A stretch of 64,000 bases of DNA from Octopus sinensis (taxonomy: Eukaryota). The notes under the pieces were generated by a model. That model made no database searches and had not been told where the DNA came from. It worked only from the letters and a program-made list of their open reading frames with translations. A program made the position numbers and the translations under genes. Positions 24,850 to 38,387 of this stretch are shown here, in pieces; within the stretch, counting starts at the first letter, position 1; each line of letters opens with the position of its first letter. The stretch is from positions 17,298,001-17,362,000 of the forward strand of contig NC_043002.1 in assembly GCF_006345805.1 (NCBI RefSeq). The letters are read 5' to 3'.

Positions 24850-25530
24850 AATGAAGGTGTGCAGCGTGTAATCATCGTATTGACCATGACAGAGTAATTT
24901 GGCATGGTCATACCTGCTCAGAGGCCTACGCAAAATTGCAGAAAGTGTATGGAGATGAGGGAATGAGTCGCTTACAAGTGTACGAGAGGTTCAGACGTTT
25001 CCAAATGGGTGAAGAGATGTCGATATTGACAAAAGGTCTGGAAGATCCGTAACTAGTAGAACTAAGAAAGGCATCGCATATGCGCATGCAGTAGTCGAAT
25101 CCTCATCTGTGAGTTATCAGAGGATGTGCAGATTAGTTACGGTTCAATTCAGTCCATTATCACTGAGGATTTGGGTGTGAGTGGCTTGTCAACCGAGTTT
25201 GTGCCAATACCGCTTTCAGATGACCAAAATGACACTAGTATATTAGTTGCATGAGTTCTTAATTGAGTCGAGAACGATGAAAACATTTTGAAAGGTGTTA
25301 CCAAGGTTTTGGCAAAATTTGATGCAGATTCTCCGTCCAGCTTCCTCTGTCATGGTCAATGCGACAATCACACGCAACACACAATCCTTCCAAGCACTGC
25401 TGTAAACAGCTGAAGTGAGATGCAGCGTATGCACTGCAGAGTTCACGGCTAACTTGTGTCAAGCAATTTTACTGTGTATGCTTTAGTTTCGTTACTATGG
25501 CAACAGTTCGGATAATTCTTGATCGGAATA
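24850..25530. mobile_element. Mariner deletion derivative with its 5' end present at both sides in inverted orientation
   Basis: Plus: EAYAKLQKVYGDEGMSRLQVYERFRRF; minus: MTEEAGRRICIKFCQNLG; inverted attgaccatgacagag (~24879) / ctctgtcatggtcaat (~25345). Confidence 0.8.
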
Positions 25531-25749
25531 TATATTAGCATCTTTCTTTGAAACAAAGATTAGACATTTGTTATTGACAAATACTAACATACGTAAAGGA
25601 ATACCCTAGACATGACTGCTTAACTGTTTTGTTAGCATTGTAAATAGAGTGAATAATCTATATGTCTCTCTTTTCATGGGGTGTCATCTGCCTTATCTAG
25701 TCGATGATTGTGTTTGTTATGTGTAGGGGCACACAGAGATTGCAAGGAA

Positions 25750-26140
25750 TAATAAGGTTAATGTTTCATTTGAATTATTACACATCAACACGTAGAGCAA
25801 CGAAAGTACGGGCAACAGTTGGGAGAGGCGATACCTGGACAAGTAACAGAAATCCCAAGGTTAAGTCTAATCAGGAGGGATGTCAGACATGGAAGTGAAT
25901 TAAAGGCATCTGTGGATCAAAAACAGTTTTTAACCGGACCGCCTGATTTATCTTACCAACCTCAAAATTGTTTTTAATAACTAATACAATATTGTAAATA
26001 AATGATCAGAAGAAGGTTTGGACGAGATAAGTAGAGTTTCATTGAAGTATTGTGAGAATGACCTGCAAAACTAATATCAAAATGTCAGTAAAATGCCAAT
26101 AAGAATCGTATTAAAACAAAACAATTAAATGTATACAAAA
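25750..26140 (-). pseudogene. Decayed TIR domain
   Basis: TFNCFV (box 1) then MKLYLSRPNLLL vs LKLCVSDRDVLP at near-identical spacing, same frame. Confidence 0.45.
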
Positions 26141-26390
26141 AGAAACTGAATAGTCCATCACATTAGAATCATTTACAGTTTGAGGTCCGCCAAAAAAAAC
26201 GCGTTGCCACCTTACATTTCAATTCCTTAAAGGGTTGATGTAAATTATAGTGTAAACTATAATGTAAATTATAGTGTAAACTATGCCATTGTTATACACT
26301 TGTTTGCAGTTTATTTTGAAACTACTTTGGATGGTTTTAAAATAAATGAAAGACACATATATACACACATGAATATATCTATGCACATAC

Positions 26391-26422
<32 letters not shown>

Positions 26423-26699
26423 CACACACACAAAGACACAAACTCACGCAAAACACACATACGCAAATGTATATATGAATGAAGTAGTTAGCTTAAAGCA
26501 ATGCAATATATACAAAGAAATTAATGGAAAGCTTAGATTGCACACTGATTCTTCTTTGTAACTTTCCATTAATTTTTTCAGATAGGCTCATACATATATG
26601 TACAAATGGATGTGTGTTGGTGTGTGTACTTATGTGTATGTATATATATGTATGCTTTAATGTATATATGTGTGTGTGTATGAGAGTGGGTGAGCATTT

Positions 26700-27113
26700 G
26701 CGTGTGTGTGAATGCTTAACTTTGTCAATGCACAGATTGGTGCATCGTATATGTTCAACTTCTCGCCTTCGAAGTTGTTGGTGCGCTACACTCTGAAGTA
26801 ATCGAAAATTTTGCATTTGATATGTAAATAATAGTAATGATCTGTTTCTCTCACTAGTGAGTAAAGCGATATGTGAGTACGTGTGTGTGCTTGACTATGT
26901 GTATATGTATGTATGTATACATTAATGTATGTTTGGTTATGTCCATGTATGCGTTAAGTTAATTATGTATATATATGTATGTAACATTTGCTCTCCTTGA
27001 TTCCTCTATAGTAGTTTAAGTAATTTCTTTTACCTTATGCATGCCTATATATTTGTCTTATTATCTATCAAACCATCAACGTATCTATCTACCTTCCTAT
27101 CTATCTATCTATA

Positions 27114-27172
<59 letters not shown>

Positions 27173-27191
27173 TTATCTATATATCGTGATG

Positions 27192-27274
<83 letters not shown>

Positions 27275-27716
27275 GCAGGTATGCAAATGTAAATTTCTGT
27301 AGGTCTTAGGCTGTTACTCTGTTTTAGTGAATAAATATTCTGTTCAAGGTGCATCCGCTCGTACACATTACATCAAAATGAATGGCACATTTCGTCATGG
27401 CGACAATCTCACATCCAAGCACACGATCGTTTATACATTTTAAATTATTTAAAACATATATATGTGTGTGTGTGTATAACGTCCACTGATAGGTACTCAC
27501 TTTTTGCACTGCTTCACCAAGTAACACGCATTAGCATTTGTTTAGTAGCTTAATCCATTTCGCCATCATTGTCCGTAATATCAAATGCAAGGAATTATCT
27601 GAAGTGAAAGAAATAATGAAACAAAATATTTTTTAAAATGACTATCATTCGTTTAGGTTGAACAGAGAGTGTACCGGAGCTGTAATGGAATACAGGAAAA
27701 GGGAATTAACTACATA

Positions 27717-27757
<41 letters not shown>

Positions 27758-28290
27758 CAACAACAACAACAACAAAAAAACAACTACAAAAACAGCAACA
27801 ACAACAACAACAGCGAAAGCAACAACTACAGGAAAAGTTACCGCGATTATAACAACTGATACGTTAAGAAAATAAGCCAAAGAAATACTATAGTTATTGA
27901 TGCTTATTCGTTTCTTTCTTTCTGTTTTATTTTTAAAGATCTTAAGCATTTTTGGTGGTGTTTGTTTCAGACAATTTTAGGAAAAAAACCAGCTTTTTTC
28001 TTTCCGTCTAATAATATTTCCCACAGAATTTAGTTATACGGTCCAATATTATGCACCATTCTCTTTCTTCTTGATTGAACATTTGAAAGATTCGTTGCGA
28101 TATTTAATCAATATCTTACTATTTTGATTTAAAAGAAGGTCGGAGAAACTACACGGCAATATCTGTTGTTATTTTTGTGCAAATCTTAATCATTCTATAT
28201 TTATAGATAGCATTCATATAAAACGAAATGGCCTCGAATCTCTAAAATTAGTACCGCCAATATACCAGCGAGTATTCATTAGGTCATGAA
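26700..28290 (-). pseudogene. TIR end followed by a decayed multi-exon DD-TIR module
   Basis: PFRFI*ML..FAQK*QQIL (TIR end); ISQRIFQMFNQEEREWCIILDRI (DD); exon 27598-27501 with ctttcacttcag acceptor and gtgagt donor; LKCINDRVLGCEIV (BB-loop-like). Confidence 0.5.
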
Positions 28291-28647
28291 CGTATTATAT
28301 ATTAATATTTACAAAGTAAATATGACACTAACCCTTTGTTTCTCATTCATAACGCCAATGGGACTTATATACGAAGAGTACAAGAATAATCTACGTTGTC
28401 CCTCGGTCACTAAAATCTAGCAGGCAGTTTCTCAATGGTTTACACCCCACAGTCTGTATACGAGACGGAGTTACTGTATAATATAATACTTATATCATTC
28501 ATTAGAAAGCATGATATTCAACAGATGCCGTATCTTGAAGATTGGGAAGTTGGATGATATTTGACTTAACGCAAACTTTCGCACGCAACGCCAATTAAGA
28601 GCAAGTATATATGCAGCAGAACTGGAAGAAATTTCCTTCAACACACA

Positions 28648-31283
28648 GGCGCAGGAGTGGCTGTGTGGTAAGTGTTGTGTTTGGCAATGAAGCCGTGAAG
28701 ACGTGCTTTTGAAGCCGTCTTGAATTGAAAATGTTTGAAGCCCCATTGTAAGGTAAGATTCTGTTTTCTGGGTTCAGTGGGAATTTTTGTTGAAAATTGT
28801 TTTTTACAGGCAGGAAGTCCTACTGGATTCAGAATTCTGATTCTGCCGACATGGGGCAACTATATTTATCTCGCTGAATTCTGAGAATTTTTTTTGGGGG
28901 AGGGGGGGCGTATTCGTCTTCGATAATTGAGTCAATATATTTCTCACCTAATTATGAGAACTGTATTAAAGAACTTTAAGAATTGTGAGAACTGCCTCCG
29001 AAGTTTAAACAATTTTATACCAATTTTTGTGGAAGTTATGTTCCAGTTGCGGCGTTCCAGGTTCAACTTAGGCCGGGAGTACCGTATGGCCAGAATATTT
29101 TTTGCTGTGTTTTTGCTGTGTTATTGACTTTCTTTTGAATTTTATTTAACTTCTCTTTTTTTGTTTTTTGTTTATTGTGACTTTCTGTTGATTTCTTCCC
29201 TTCTGTTGTGCTTTCTCTTTTTTGTATCTTCCTTATTTTTTTCAAAAATCTATCGAACTTTATTTGGACTTTTGAACTTTTTTTTCTCGCTTTTTAAGTT
29301 TTATTTTGAATATATTTAAAAAAAAACAAAAAAAACATGGCAATGAAAAATGACAAAATTTTGGAATGGGAGATTATACCGCCTAAAATGTGGTTAAAAG
29401 ACCGTGAAGATAGGAACGGTGGTGTTGAGAACCTACTCCAAGACACTCGACACCATCGCCCTGTTCGAAAAGACGGCAATTGAAGAGGAGTTGGCAGGTC
29501 ATTTGCCACCAATTAAATTCATTTCCAGGAGTGTCAGATATGCAACGGTGTGGTTGCTATTTGACACCCCTGAAGAGGCTTGCAAATTTGCTAGTAAACC
29601 CCTGGAAGGTAAGGACATTTTATTTCTGCCCACATACCATGGAAAGAGATTGACGAAAGCTTGGATCTGCGGGCTTCCACCAGGGATAAAACATCAGTGG
29701 ATAGAGGAGACTATCCGCCGGGGTCTGGGTGGCAGCGGAACTAAGCTTCTTAATGTGAAACTTTTCCTGCGGCTGTTTGGGTGCAGGTACCCGGTGATAC
29801 TTGAGGGTCGCCCCCCTATGTGTCATCGGTGCTTGGAGTCCGGCCACATAAAGAAAAACTGTCCCCGGGAACAAAATAGGATCCCGGAGCAGTTAAGTGA
29901 GACCCCCTGTAGAAGAGGGAATGAAGACGGCCGAGGAAGCGGAGGACTCCTCAAACAGAGGCCGAAAGAGGAAGAAGGTGAGCAACAATGGGTGCTCACC
30001 AAAGGATACTAGGGATGAGGAGGGGAAAGGCGAATCTTCCGGCCACGGAGGAGACGCACCCTCCCTCAGTTGAAAAGAAAAAAAGAGAAAGAGGAAGAGA
30101 AACGGGACATTACCGGCAGTCGGTGACATAGTACCGGAATGTCCCGGAACTACGTCGGTTGGGGTTGTGCAACCGACAGAAGAAGAAACACCGTTGGCGG
30201 GAACTGTGCCGCCAACAAAAGAATTGAATATCCTGTCTCCGAGGAAAGACGAGGTATTGATCATCTTCCATAGAAGCGGAAAGATTGAAAAGGTGATGGA
30301 AAAGCACCATAAGGGAGCACCTTTAGCCTTCACACAGGACACCGAATGGCCTCCGCAGGTAGTTGTGGAGGCCGTGGAGTTCGACGTGACTCTTGGGCTA
30401 AAGGAGCTCAATGAGGATTATAGCTTGGTCCCGGGTGACGCTAACACGGAACTCGATTACGTTCTGAGGGAGGCGTGGTGTTTGACGGAGGGTGCGGGTA
30501 CAAGTTATTTTGAGGACGAGTCATAAATTGTGATACGACTTGAGGGGCCCCGACCTAGAGCTGGCGCATTCCTAAGGGAAGTGTAAGCCAGGTCTGGTAG
30601 GAAAGGCTTTGTGTATTGTATTTATATCATATGTAATTATTGAACTATGTTGTTGTTAGTAATGGACTGTTAAGTCCAAAAATTGAAAAGTTGTAAAAAT
30701 TATAAGAGGTTTAATACATCGTTTTGTGTTTGTTTTTAAAAGAACAATGTTTAAGAGAAGCAGAAGTCGGCGGGCGCTTTTTGTCTTCTCCCATCCCCAT
30801 CATCTTTCTTTCATTATCATTCACTTCATTAATGCCCTCGTCCAACCCGCAAAGCTAACTTACTCTATGTACTGCCGTTATGGCAAATATTATGAAAAAA
30901 AGTAGCTTGCTTACCAACCACATGGTTCCGGGTACAATCCCACTGCGTGGCACCTTGGGCAAGTGTCTTCTACTATAGCCTCGGGACGACCAAAGCCGTG
31001 TGAGTGGATTTGGTAGAGGGAAACTGAAAGAAGCCCGTCGTATATATATATATATATATATATGTTCGTGTATGTTTGTGTATGTGTTTGTCCCCCAAGC
31101 ATTTCTTGACAACCGATACTGGTGTGTTTACGTTCCCGTCACTTGGCGGTTCGGCAAAAGAGACCGATAGAATAAGTACTGGGCTTACAAAGAATAAGTC
31201 CCGGGGTCGATTTGCTCGACTAAAGGCGGTTCTCCAGCATGGCCGCAGTCAACTGACTGAAACAAGTAAAAGAGTAAAAGAGT
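28648..31283 (+). mobile_element. SINE family A split by a 2.2-kb insertion
   Basis: Head ggcgcaggagtggctgtgtggtaagt (28648-28673) resumes as agcttgcttaccaacc at 30904, exactly as in the intact copy at 36188. Confidence 0.92.
28674..30899 (+). mobile_element. ORF1-only Tx1/L1-like retroelement (HAL1-like)
   Basis: ORF1 ~29337-30526 with frameshift and stops; RRM-like part plus CCHC knuckle CHRCLESGHIKKNC; no ORF2; A-tail and AAGT duplication. Confidence 0.75.
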
Positions 31284-32714
31284 ACACCTTAAATATTTAT
31301 GTTGAAGATAGAAACAAATCTCGAAAACATAGGCAGGTACGATGAAACTAGATGAAGGCACCTAATTTGGTGATGATAAAGAAATACCTATTTTCTGCAA
31401 AAAATAGGTTTATATATTTTATGGGTTATGGCAGATCAACAAGAGAAAATAACTGCTGTTTTCTTTGTCAAAGATTCTACACATAGAATTTATTTGAAAA
31501 CCATAAAATTATATAATGCCATACCAAATGGAATGCTACCTCAGTATCTTACAGAAACAGTTCGTTGGATGTACATAATTTATGTAAGGTCACAGACACA
31601 ATAAAGTACGACACGTTTGCAAAAAAGTTAAAGATATGCTGCTAGGTATATAATCCTAAAAAGCAGAAATTTACTGGCAAAGTTATCAAAACTCACCAAT
31701 TAATTACTAATTTTAAGCACTATGGTCGAAGTGATACTATTTGAAACAAATTTAAGAAGAGTGATTTTTTTGTCGAGATATGGCTAATAGACCACAATGA
31801 CGATGCTGTGATCTTCATAACATGCTAATATCCTGCACCAAATATCTGGATTACAGAGGAAGTACGGAATGCATAAACAGAGGCGTCAGTTACTCAATTT
31901 GTACCGATTGTCGTACAGAGATGCCTCGTTCCGTTTAGAGATTTGATTGAAGAGGAGAAGAACAAATACACAAACAGTGGTTACAGGACCGAAAAGAAAT
32001 ATGTAGTGGTATATCTACAAATATAGAGTTTACATATTTGAGTTTAATACTTTAACATTCAATATATATTCTGCTTTGAAATGATGGTTGTAGTGCAAAG
32101 GTACATACAGTAAGTCAGTTCCTACAGTAGGCTGGTGTAAATGTTTATGGCTGACATATCTTTTAGCATGCATTCAGACTTAGGCATATTCAGCATTTGC
32201 CGAACATATCACAACTCTTACGGTCGAACGTAAGTAGATATCTATGAAACAGATTTCTGGTATAATCTATAATGAAAGTAATGCTCAATTTAAAGCTGAA
32301 ATTTAATTTAACAGAGGAATTTCCTTGTCAGGCATATCATTAATTATCATCGCAATTGTCATTAAGAGTAGATTATAAATAGGTTGTACAACGTTATCAA
32401 TGTCTATAGAAGGCATATTTGCAATTGGAAACTAAATTACGTAATTTTCGCAGGAGAATTACAAATTCTTTGTAGTTTTCAAACGAACTTAAAGGAAGTC
32501 GAAAACCAATTTGCAAGGAGATTAAAGGGATGCTTGTATTTCCCATAATACACATGACAGTTTGAATGGAATTAAATAAATCACTAAAAGATGAACAATA
32601 TGAAAATATCTACAATAATTCATCTAAATATGATATCAACACAAATTCCACTAAATGTGAAATATTATCGTTAAAATAGTTTAACACCTGGATGACTTAA
32701 TACTCGTGGAAATT

Positions 32715-32947
32715 AACAAATCGATCCTTGGACTTATTTCTTAAGCCTAGTACTTATTGTCTCGGTAATTTTGGGGAATCGCTAAGCTACGGGAATGTAA
32801 TCGCATAAACTTCTATCAAACACAAAGACACAAGACTTTGGTAGGCCTGAGGCTATAGTAGACAACACTTACCCAATTTGCCACTCAGTGGGACTGAACT
32901 CGGAACCATGTGGTTGGAAATCAACCTCTTATCCCTACAGCCACGAC
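32715..32947 (-). mobile_element. SINE family A, deleted and diverged
   Basis: Reverse complement of family A head and tail segments. Confidence 0.8.
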
Positions 32948-33609
32948 GCATGCACACATAATACATACTGAAAGTTAGATTATGAACGTGTTTTCGGTAT
33001 ATGAGTGATTCAGACTAAAATATATGTGTATTTGTGTATTTGTATATGTGCACGTGCGTCAGTCGGAGAGAAGATGAGAACATCGAAATGTCTTATGATA
33101 AAAGAAATTCAACAATAAGAAATAAATATATAGTTCACGTGATGCATGCAGAGAAATTTATTGTTATATAGTTAGCACTTAATAAATATATTGAATACAT
33201 GTGGTGGGGGGTGAGAGAAATATAAAGGAAATCTTGTTAATTAAGAAATGAAAGGAAACGTATAGAGTCCTTACGCATACACTGCTATCTCATTTACGTG
33301 ATGAATTTGCAAAGGAAAGCTATAAAGGTTATGTATACTTGTTGAGCGAGCGATGTGCGCGTAGTTGCAGCTCCTATCACTGGGAGTTGGAACAGGATGA
33401 AAGATTTTTTTAAAGCCTGTTTGATTGATAAGAGACGGTTTATTCCTGAGCGTTCACACTCGTTTGTTTTGTAATTAAAATCAGTCCTTGACTATGATAA
33501 TGATATATATATATATATATATATATTCTGCTCGTGCAATTTATCTTCGTTTTCATTAATGCATTTTGCTTCGAAGGGGAATGAGCAAACAATGCTACAC
33601 TATTCAGAA

Positions 33610-34064
33610 CATAAAATATTACTATTGAAAATGAAATAAACTGGACTTACTCTATAAGATTAGCCAAGAGACTAAATAGAATTGTGCAGATATATCGTAT
33701 AAATGTACGATAATGAAGTGTATTCGGCGGAAGTGCAATGCGTGTAAGTATATAAATGATGTTGAGAATGAAGTTATATGTTGATATGAAGTTTGGAAGT
33801 CTTTTTAATTTTCCACAATTATTTCACTTGTTAGCACTCTGTAGATGAATTAATATCCAACAATATCCTGGCAGGTCCTCAAAGATATCGCAGCATTTCT
33901 ATTGAACTTTTCAATTTGTGGGACTTTCGCAATTCTTGATTGTCAAATGTTTGGAATACTGCCAACTGAATATAATTCATCGTTGTAGAACCTTTTAAAA
34001 GACAAAGTTTATTCCAAGAAGTTAGAAGATTAATTACTATTTCTTCATACATACATATATATAT

Positions 34065-34146
<82 letters not shown>

Positions 34147-34480
34147 ATAGTGTGTGTGTGCGTATGATGTAGTATACTGTAATATAATATAATAGTATAT
34201 TATATTATATTATATATATATATATTATACATGATGTAAATGTGTATTTATACATATTTACGTACACGTAGTTATGTGATTGAGTGTTTGCGGCTGCATT
34301 ACACACACTACACACCTACACACACAGACACATAGGAGTGACATTGAAAGACAATAAGACGGAGGGTTACGTTCAAAAAGGGGGAATACTGATTTAACTT
34401 GAAGTGCGCAGAGAAATGTATAGATATGTTGTAAAATATCGATTATGCATGAGTTAGAATATGAGCAAAACAAAGGAAAT
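33610..34480 (-). pseudogene. Probable decayed DD-TIR module
   Basis: TTMNYIQLAVFQTFDNQEL vs SDIQFVQEMIRQLEQTDY; CDIFEDLPGYCW vs CVSDRDVLPGTCVW; upstream IDILQHIYTFL is DD-like; gtaagt donor near 33645. Confidence 0.45.
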
Positions 34481-34759
34481 ATTTCAAATGTCGCTTCTGT
34501 TTCTCTTCAATACAGTCAGTTTCCAAAATTTCTCTTCTATAATTTAAATGTTAAAAGGAAAGCAGCAATTTTCCTCTTTTCATCCTAGCGTGGGAATCCT
34601 AGAATTAGAAATATAACTTAGATAACGTATTTCAGAACATGAGTGGACGCATATATATACATTTCTTTATTTCTTTAAGCAGTTTTCTTTCCAGTTCTAC
34701 GTTACTTGAAGCCGTGTAATCAGATCAATTGATTACACACTATTTTTGATAAATTGATC

Positions 34760-37000
34760 CATGAGTAGTTTGGAATCGTTACAAGATGTTGAAACTAAAT
34801 CTAGTAATATGGTCTTTTCTATAAAGTAATATGGTGTTTTCTCTTGAATTCTTCAAGATTTTGCATGTGACTATATGTATGTTGAGGCCCCTAATATGCC
34901 TATGTGATTTAATTATTGAGTCGGCATTGATGTTCATATAGTTCTCATTTAAAATTTTCGTAATATAATGCATATTATATAACATGAAACATACATTGTA
35001 ATGGGTTTTTTGTTATAGATGCTGACATTTCCTTATGAAACATAATTTAATTTTTTTTTAAATCTAGTATCGATTCCGACATATTTTCAAGTTTAGGTTA
35101 CCTAGGATTATCCAGTGAATAGATCATCTATTATCCCTTTATACGACAAAGTGATCCGATTTGAAGCATTCTTTGATAAAAGCTAACTTCGAAGTTTACA
35201 ATGGTGTAGCAAAGATTATACAATGACTCTCATGCGCCTGGCTGATTTTTGATGAACATGTTGGTAATTGTGTTATGCCTATGACATAAAGGATCTGGTT
35301 AGCAGGAGATTTATATTTTGGTACTTCATCTCGAGGTATTCCACAACTAGATTCACAAAGGAGGGTGTTACTTTTGTACCTATCACTGTCCCAGTTTTTT
35401 GTCGACAAATGTTGTCATTGAAGATAAGGATATTATCTTCTACAATAAGTAATAATCTTGATATAAATTCATTGTTCAAGTGATGTGGGAATTTTTTTGT
35501 ATACCTACGAGACTAAAATTTTCTGGCCCTAAAATAGGAAAATATGTAAGTTCTTTCTTCATATACCCACAAAAACACTGGAAAAGGAGCGTCCATTATT
35601 TCTTCATTCAATGGAACGGAGGCATAGAAAATTAAAGAAGTTCAAATACTGATTAGTGGAATTAATAAAAAAAAATATCATTGCATCTTAGAATATAGCA
35701 ATAACCAAATCCAAATATTAGACGTATTTATAAAGAAAACCAACAAAGAAATAGCGACACATATTTGCTATAAATCTATGAGCTCCAAACAACATTGTTC
35801 ATCCAATACATTAGAGTAGCGGCGGCCATGAATTGGGTATCTCTTATCACCTTATTGGCTATCCCATATAGCCTAACCGAGACAATATGTACAACAGTAT
35901 CCGATACAAACATCCATGGCATAACACTCCAAGAACTGAACAATTCACTCTTTGATGAGAATTACCCACCGTTCCCAATAGATAATATTACAAAATGAGA
36001 CAAGCAAGACATTGAAATAAACCGGAATTGAAGGTTTCCACCTAAATTCGTGAAAACAGAGAAGCTTATATCATTTTCGAAAATGTTTCGCTGTTGAAAA
36101 AAGACACCGAGTTGAACCAGATCCTAGAAATATATACCATAATAAAAAAAATGACAAATCCAATCATTGAAGACTAAATATTAACTAGGCGCAGGAGTGG
36201 CTGTGTGGTAAGTAGCTTGCTAACCAACCACATGGTTCCGGGTTCAGTTCCACTGCGTGGCATCTTGGGCAAGTGTCTTCTGCTATAGCCCGGGCCAACC
36301 AATACCTTGTGAGTGGATTTGATAGACGGAAACTGAAAGAAGCCTGTCGTATATATGTATATATATATATATGTATGTGTGTGTATATGTTTGTGTATCT
36401 GTATTTGTCCCCCTAGCATTGCTTGACAACCGATGCTGGTGTACTTATGTCCCCGTTACTTAGCGGTTCGGCAAAAGAGACCGATAGAATTGGGCTTACA
36501 AAATAATAAGTCCCGGAGTCGAGTTGCTCGATTAAAGGCAGTGCTCCAGCATGGCTGCAGTCAAATGACTGAAACAAGGAAAAAGAAAAAAAAAAGAAAA
36601 AAAGAGTAAGTCCAATGTTCACACAATAACTAAAAACAACAGTAAAATAATGCGGAAGAGCCATATATTAAGACTGACAGAATTATCAGAGTTCCGTTTT
36701 AAAAAGGACAGCCTTTTGCAATAAACTATAACTTCATTTTGCATTTGGAAAACTAATCTATGGAATGTCTTACCCAGAATATGGAGAATCTTAAATTATT
36801 CAAACTGAAACTCTATAAAGCATGACACTGCATACATAACGAATTAATATACGGGAATACAAAGAAGTAGTACTCGATGAACCGATTGTGCAGTCAAAGA
36901 CAATGAATGGTATAATTTCATCTTTTCACATAACTCCACGGCAAGGAATCCACAAAATTCCAACAACCTCTTCTGTAGAAAAGAAACAGAGACAACCATC
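34760..37000 (+). mobile_element. Decayed Penelope-like element with an internal inversion and a SINE insertion
   Basis: RQKTGTVIGTKVTPSFVNL (minus, ORF 35279..35479); HWKRSVHYFFIQW, LDVFIKK, IPYSLTETICT (plus). Confidence 0.75.
36188..36608 (+). mobile_element. SINE family A, full length
   Basis: A/B boxes (tggctgtgtgg, ggttcagttcc), cttgggcaagtgtctt CORE-like box, central microsatellite, A-rich tail. Confidence 0.92.
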
Positions 37001-37993
37001 ACCAACACATCCTATTCACAATGACTGCTATTAGATAAATAACTGCTATAGTCATTGAAAGCCCTAGTGCCTGTTGCTATTATTAACAACCCTACAGACT
37101 CTTCCTTTCATTAACAACCCTACAGAATCTTTCTTTCATTAACAGCAGGAATTCGCTGCTGTTAAATGCTAGCAGCAATAATCAGATTTTACAAGAAAAA
37201 GAATTGAACTTTCAGAACAGATGTTATAAAAGATTAATTAAATTCAATTTATTTGAAGCTAATTTTCCCTTTAATTCAACTTGCGTACGTGCGTCGCTTG
37301 GTAAAAGCCATCGTCACTAGTAGCTGCTTATTCAAAGGTGTAAATGTTGTCATTTTTCTATGATAATTTTTCATTTTATATGTGAAGCACGCACACACGC
37401 ATGCTCACACACACAAAATTGCAGCAAATGTAACTCTTCCAAACACGGTACGTCCTAGGAAATAAGAAGTGGGAATATAATGAATAAAAACCGAGTGAGA
37501 AAAAGCCATGATAAAGAGAGTGTTAAATCTAAAATTTAGCACAAGACAAAGGTGAGATTGAATTCATATTAAAGATAAGAAGGAAGAAAACACGAAATAA
37601 TACGTATGTCCCTCCAAGCGTGTCATTTTTGCGCATACAGATATTCAGCTAGGATAAATATGGCGCCTATTTATTAATTAATAGGCGCCTTTGAGTCTAT
37701 TTAAGCGGGAAACGGAAAACAACTGGAAAAGATATACCTGTGAATATCACTGATATCCACATATATTATAGAAATATGCAGGAATAAAACGTATAAGAAT
37801 AAAAATTGCAAACAAAATTCCGAGAGGTGTAATTGATATGACGGTAAGCATGAAACAGAAATAACAAGAAGAAAGAATAAGTGAACTAACAAGTAAGAAT
37901 AAACAAAGCAGTGGGGAATAGGCGGAGTGAAGCATGTAAATGCATATAAACATACGAGGCAAAATGAAAGGAATGAAGTAATGGCAAGTATTA

Positions 37994-38134
37994 TTAGGTT
38001 GTCCCAAAAGTTCGTAAACGCTTGCGAAAATTGAATTTTTACTCGCCAAGTACTAACAAAAACAACAAAAATTATTCCTCAAAATAAAGACCATTATTTT
38101 CCAAGACTTTCTACGAACTGTTGGGACAACCTTA
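37994..38134. mobile_element. Mariner-type MITE
   Basis: TIRs ttaggttgtcccaaaagttcgta / tacgaactgttgggacaacctta with TA on both sides. Confidence 0.88.
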
Positions 38135-38387
38135 TATTTATACACAAAACACGTAAAAAGAAACGAGGACACAGGAAGAGAAAAAACTGAAGCAATGAAT
38201 AAATTAAAACATCAGTGAGAAGAGAAAGTGATAGAAATTATGAAAAGGGGGAAATAGCGAAAGATTTTATAGAGTTGATTTTTACATAGAATAAGGTCTC
38301 AATGTTAGTTTAACGTGCAGTACATTTTGTCGTGTTCAAACCATAAAAGGCACTTCTAAGAGGCACCCGCAAAAAGCTGAGAGCAAC

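Larger units (their letters stand above)
28490..32700 (+). mobile_element. Heavily decayed RTE-like LINE hosting nested insertions
   Basis: NIGRYDETR and YILWV..TAVFFVKD (APE-like), NIWITEEV, IYNESNAQF (RT-like); many stops. Confidence 0.4.

Noticed and set aside
34080-34140. Recurrent single-base phase slips (tt or aa) within (TA)n tracts
   Set aside because: Cannot be told apart from consensus or sequencing indels in long dinucleotide runs.
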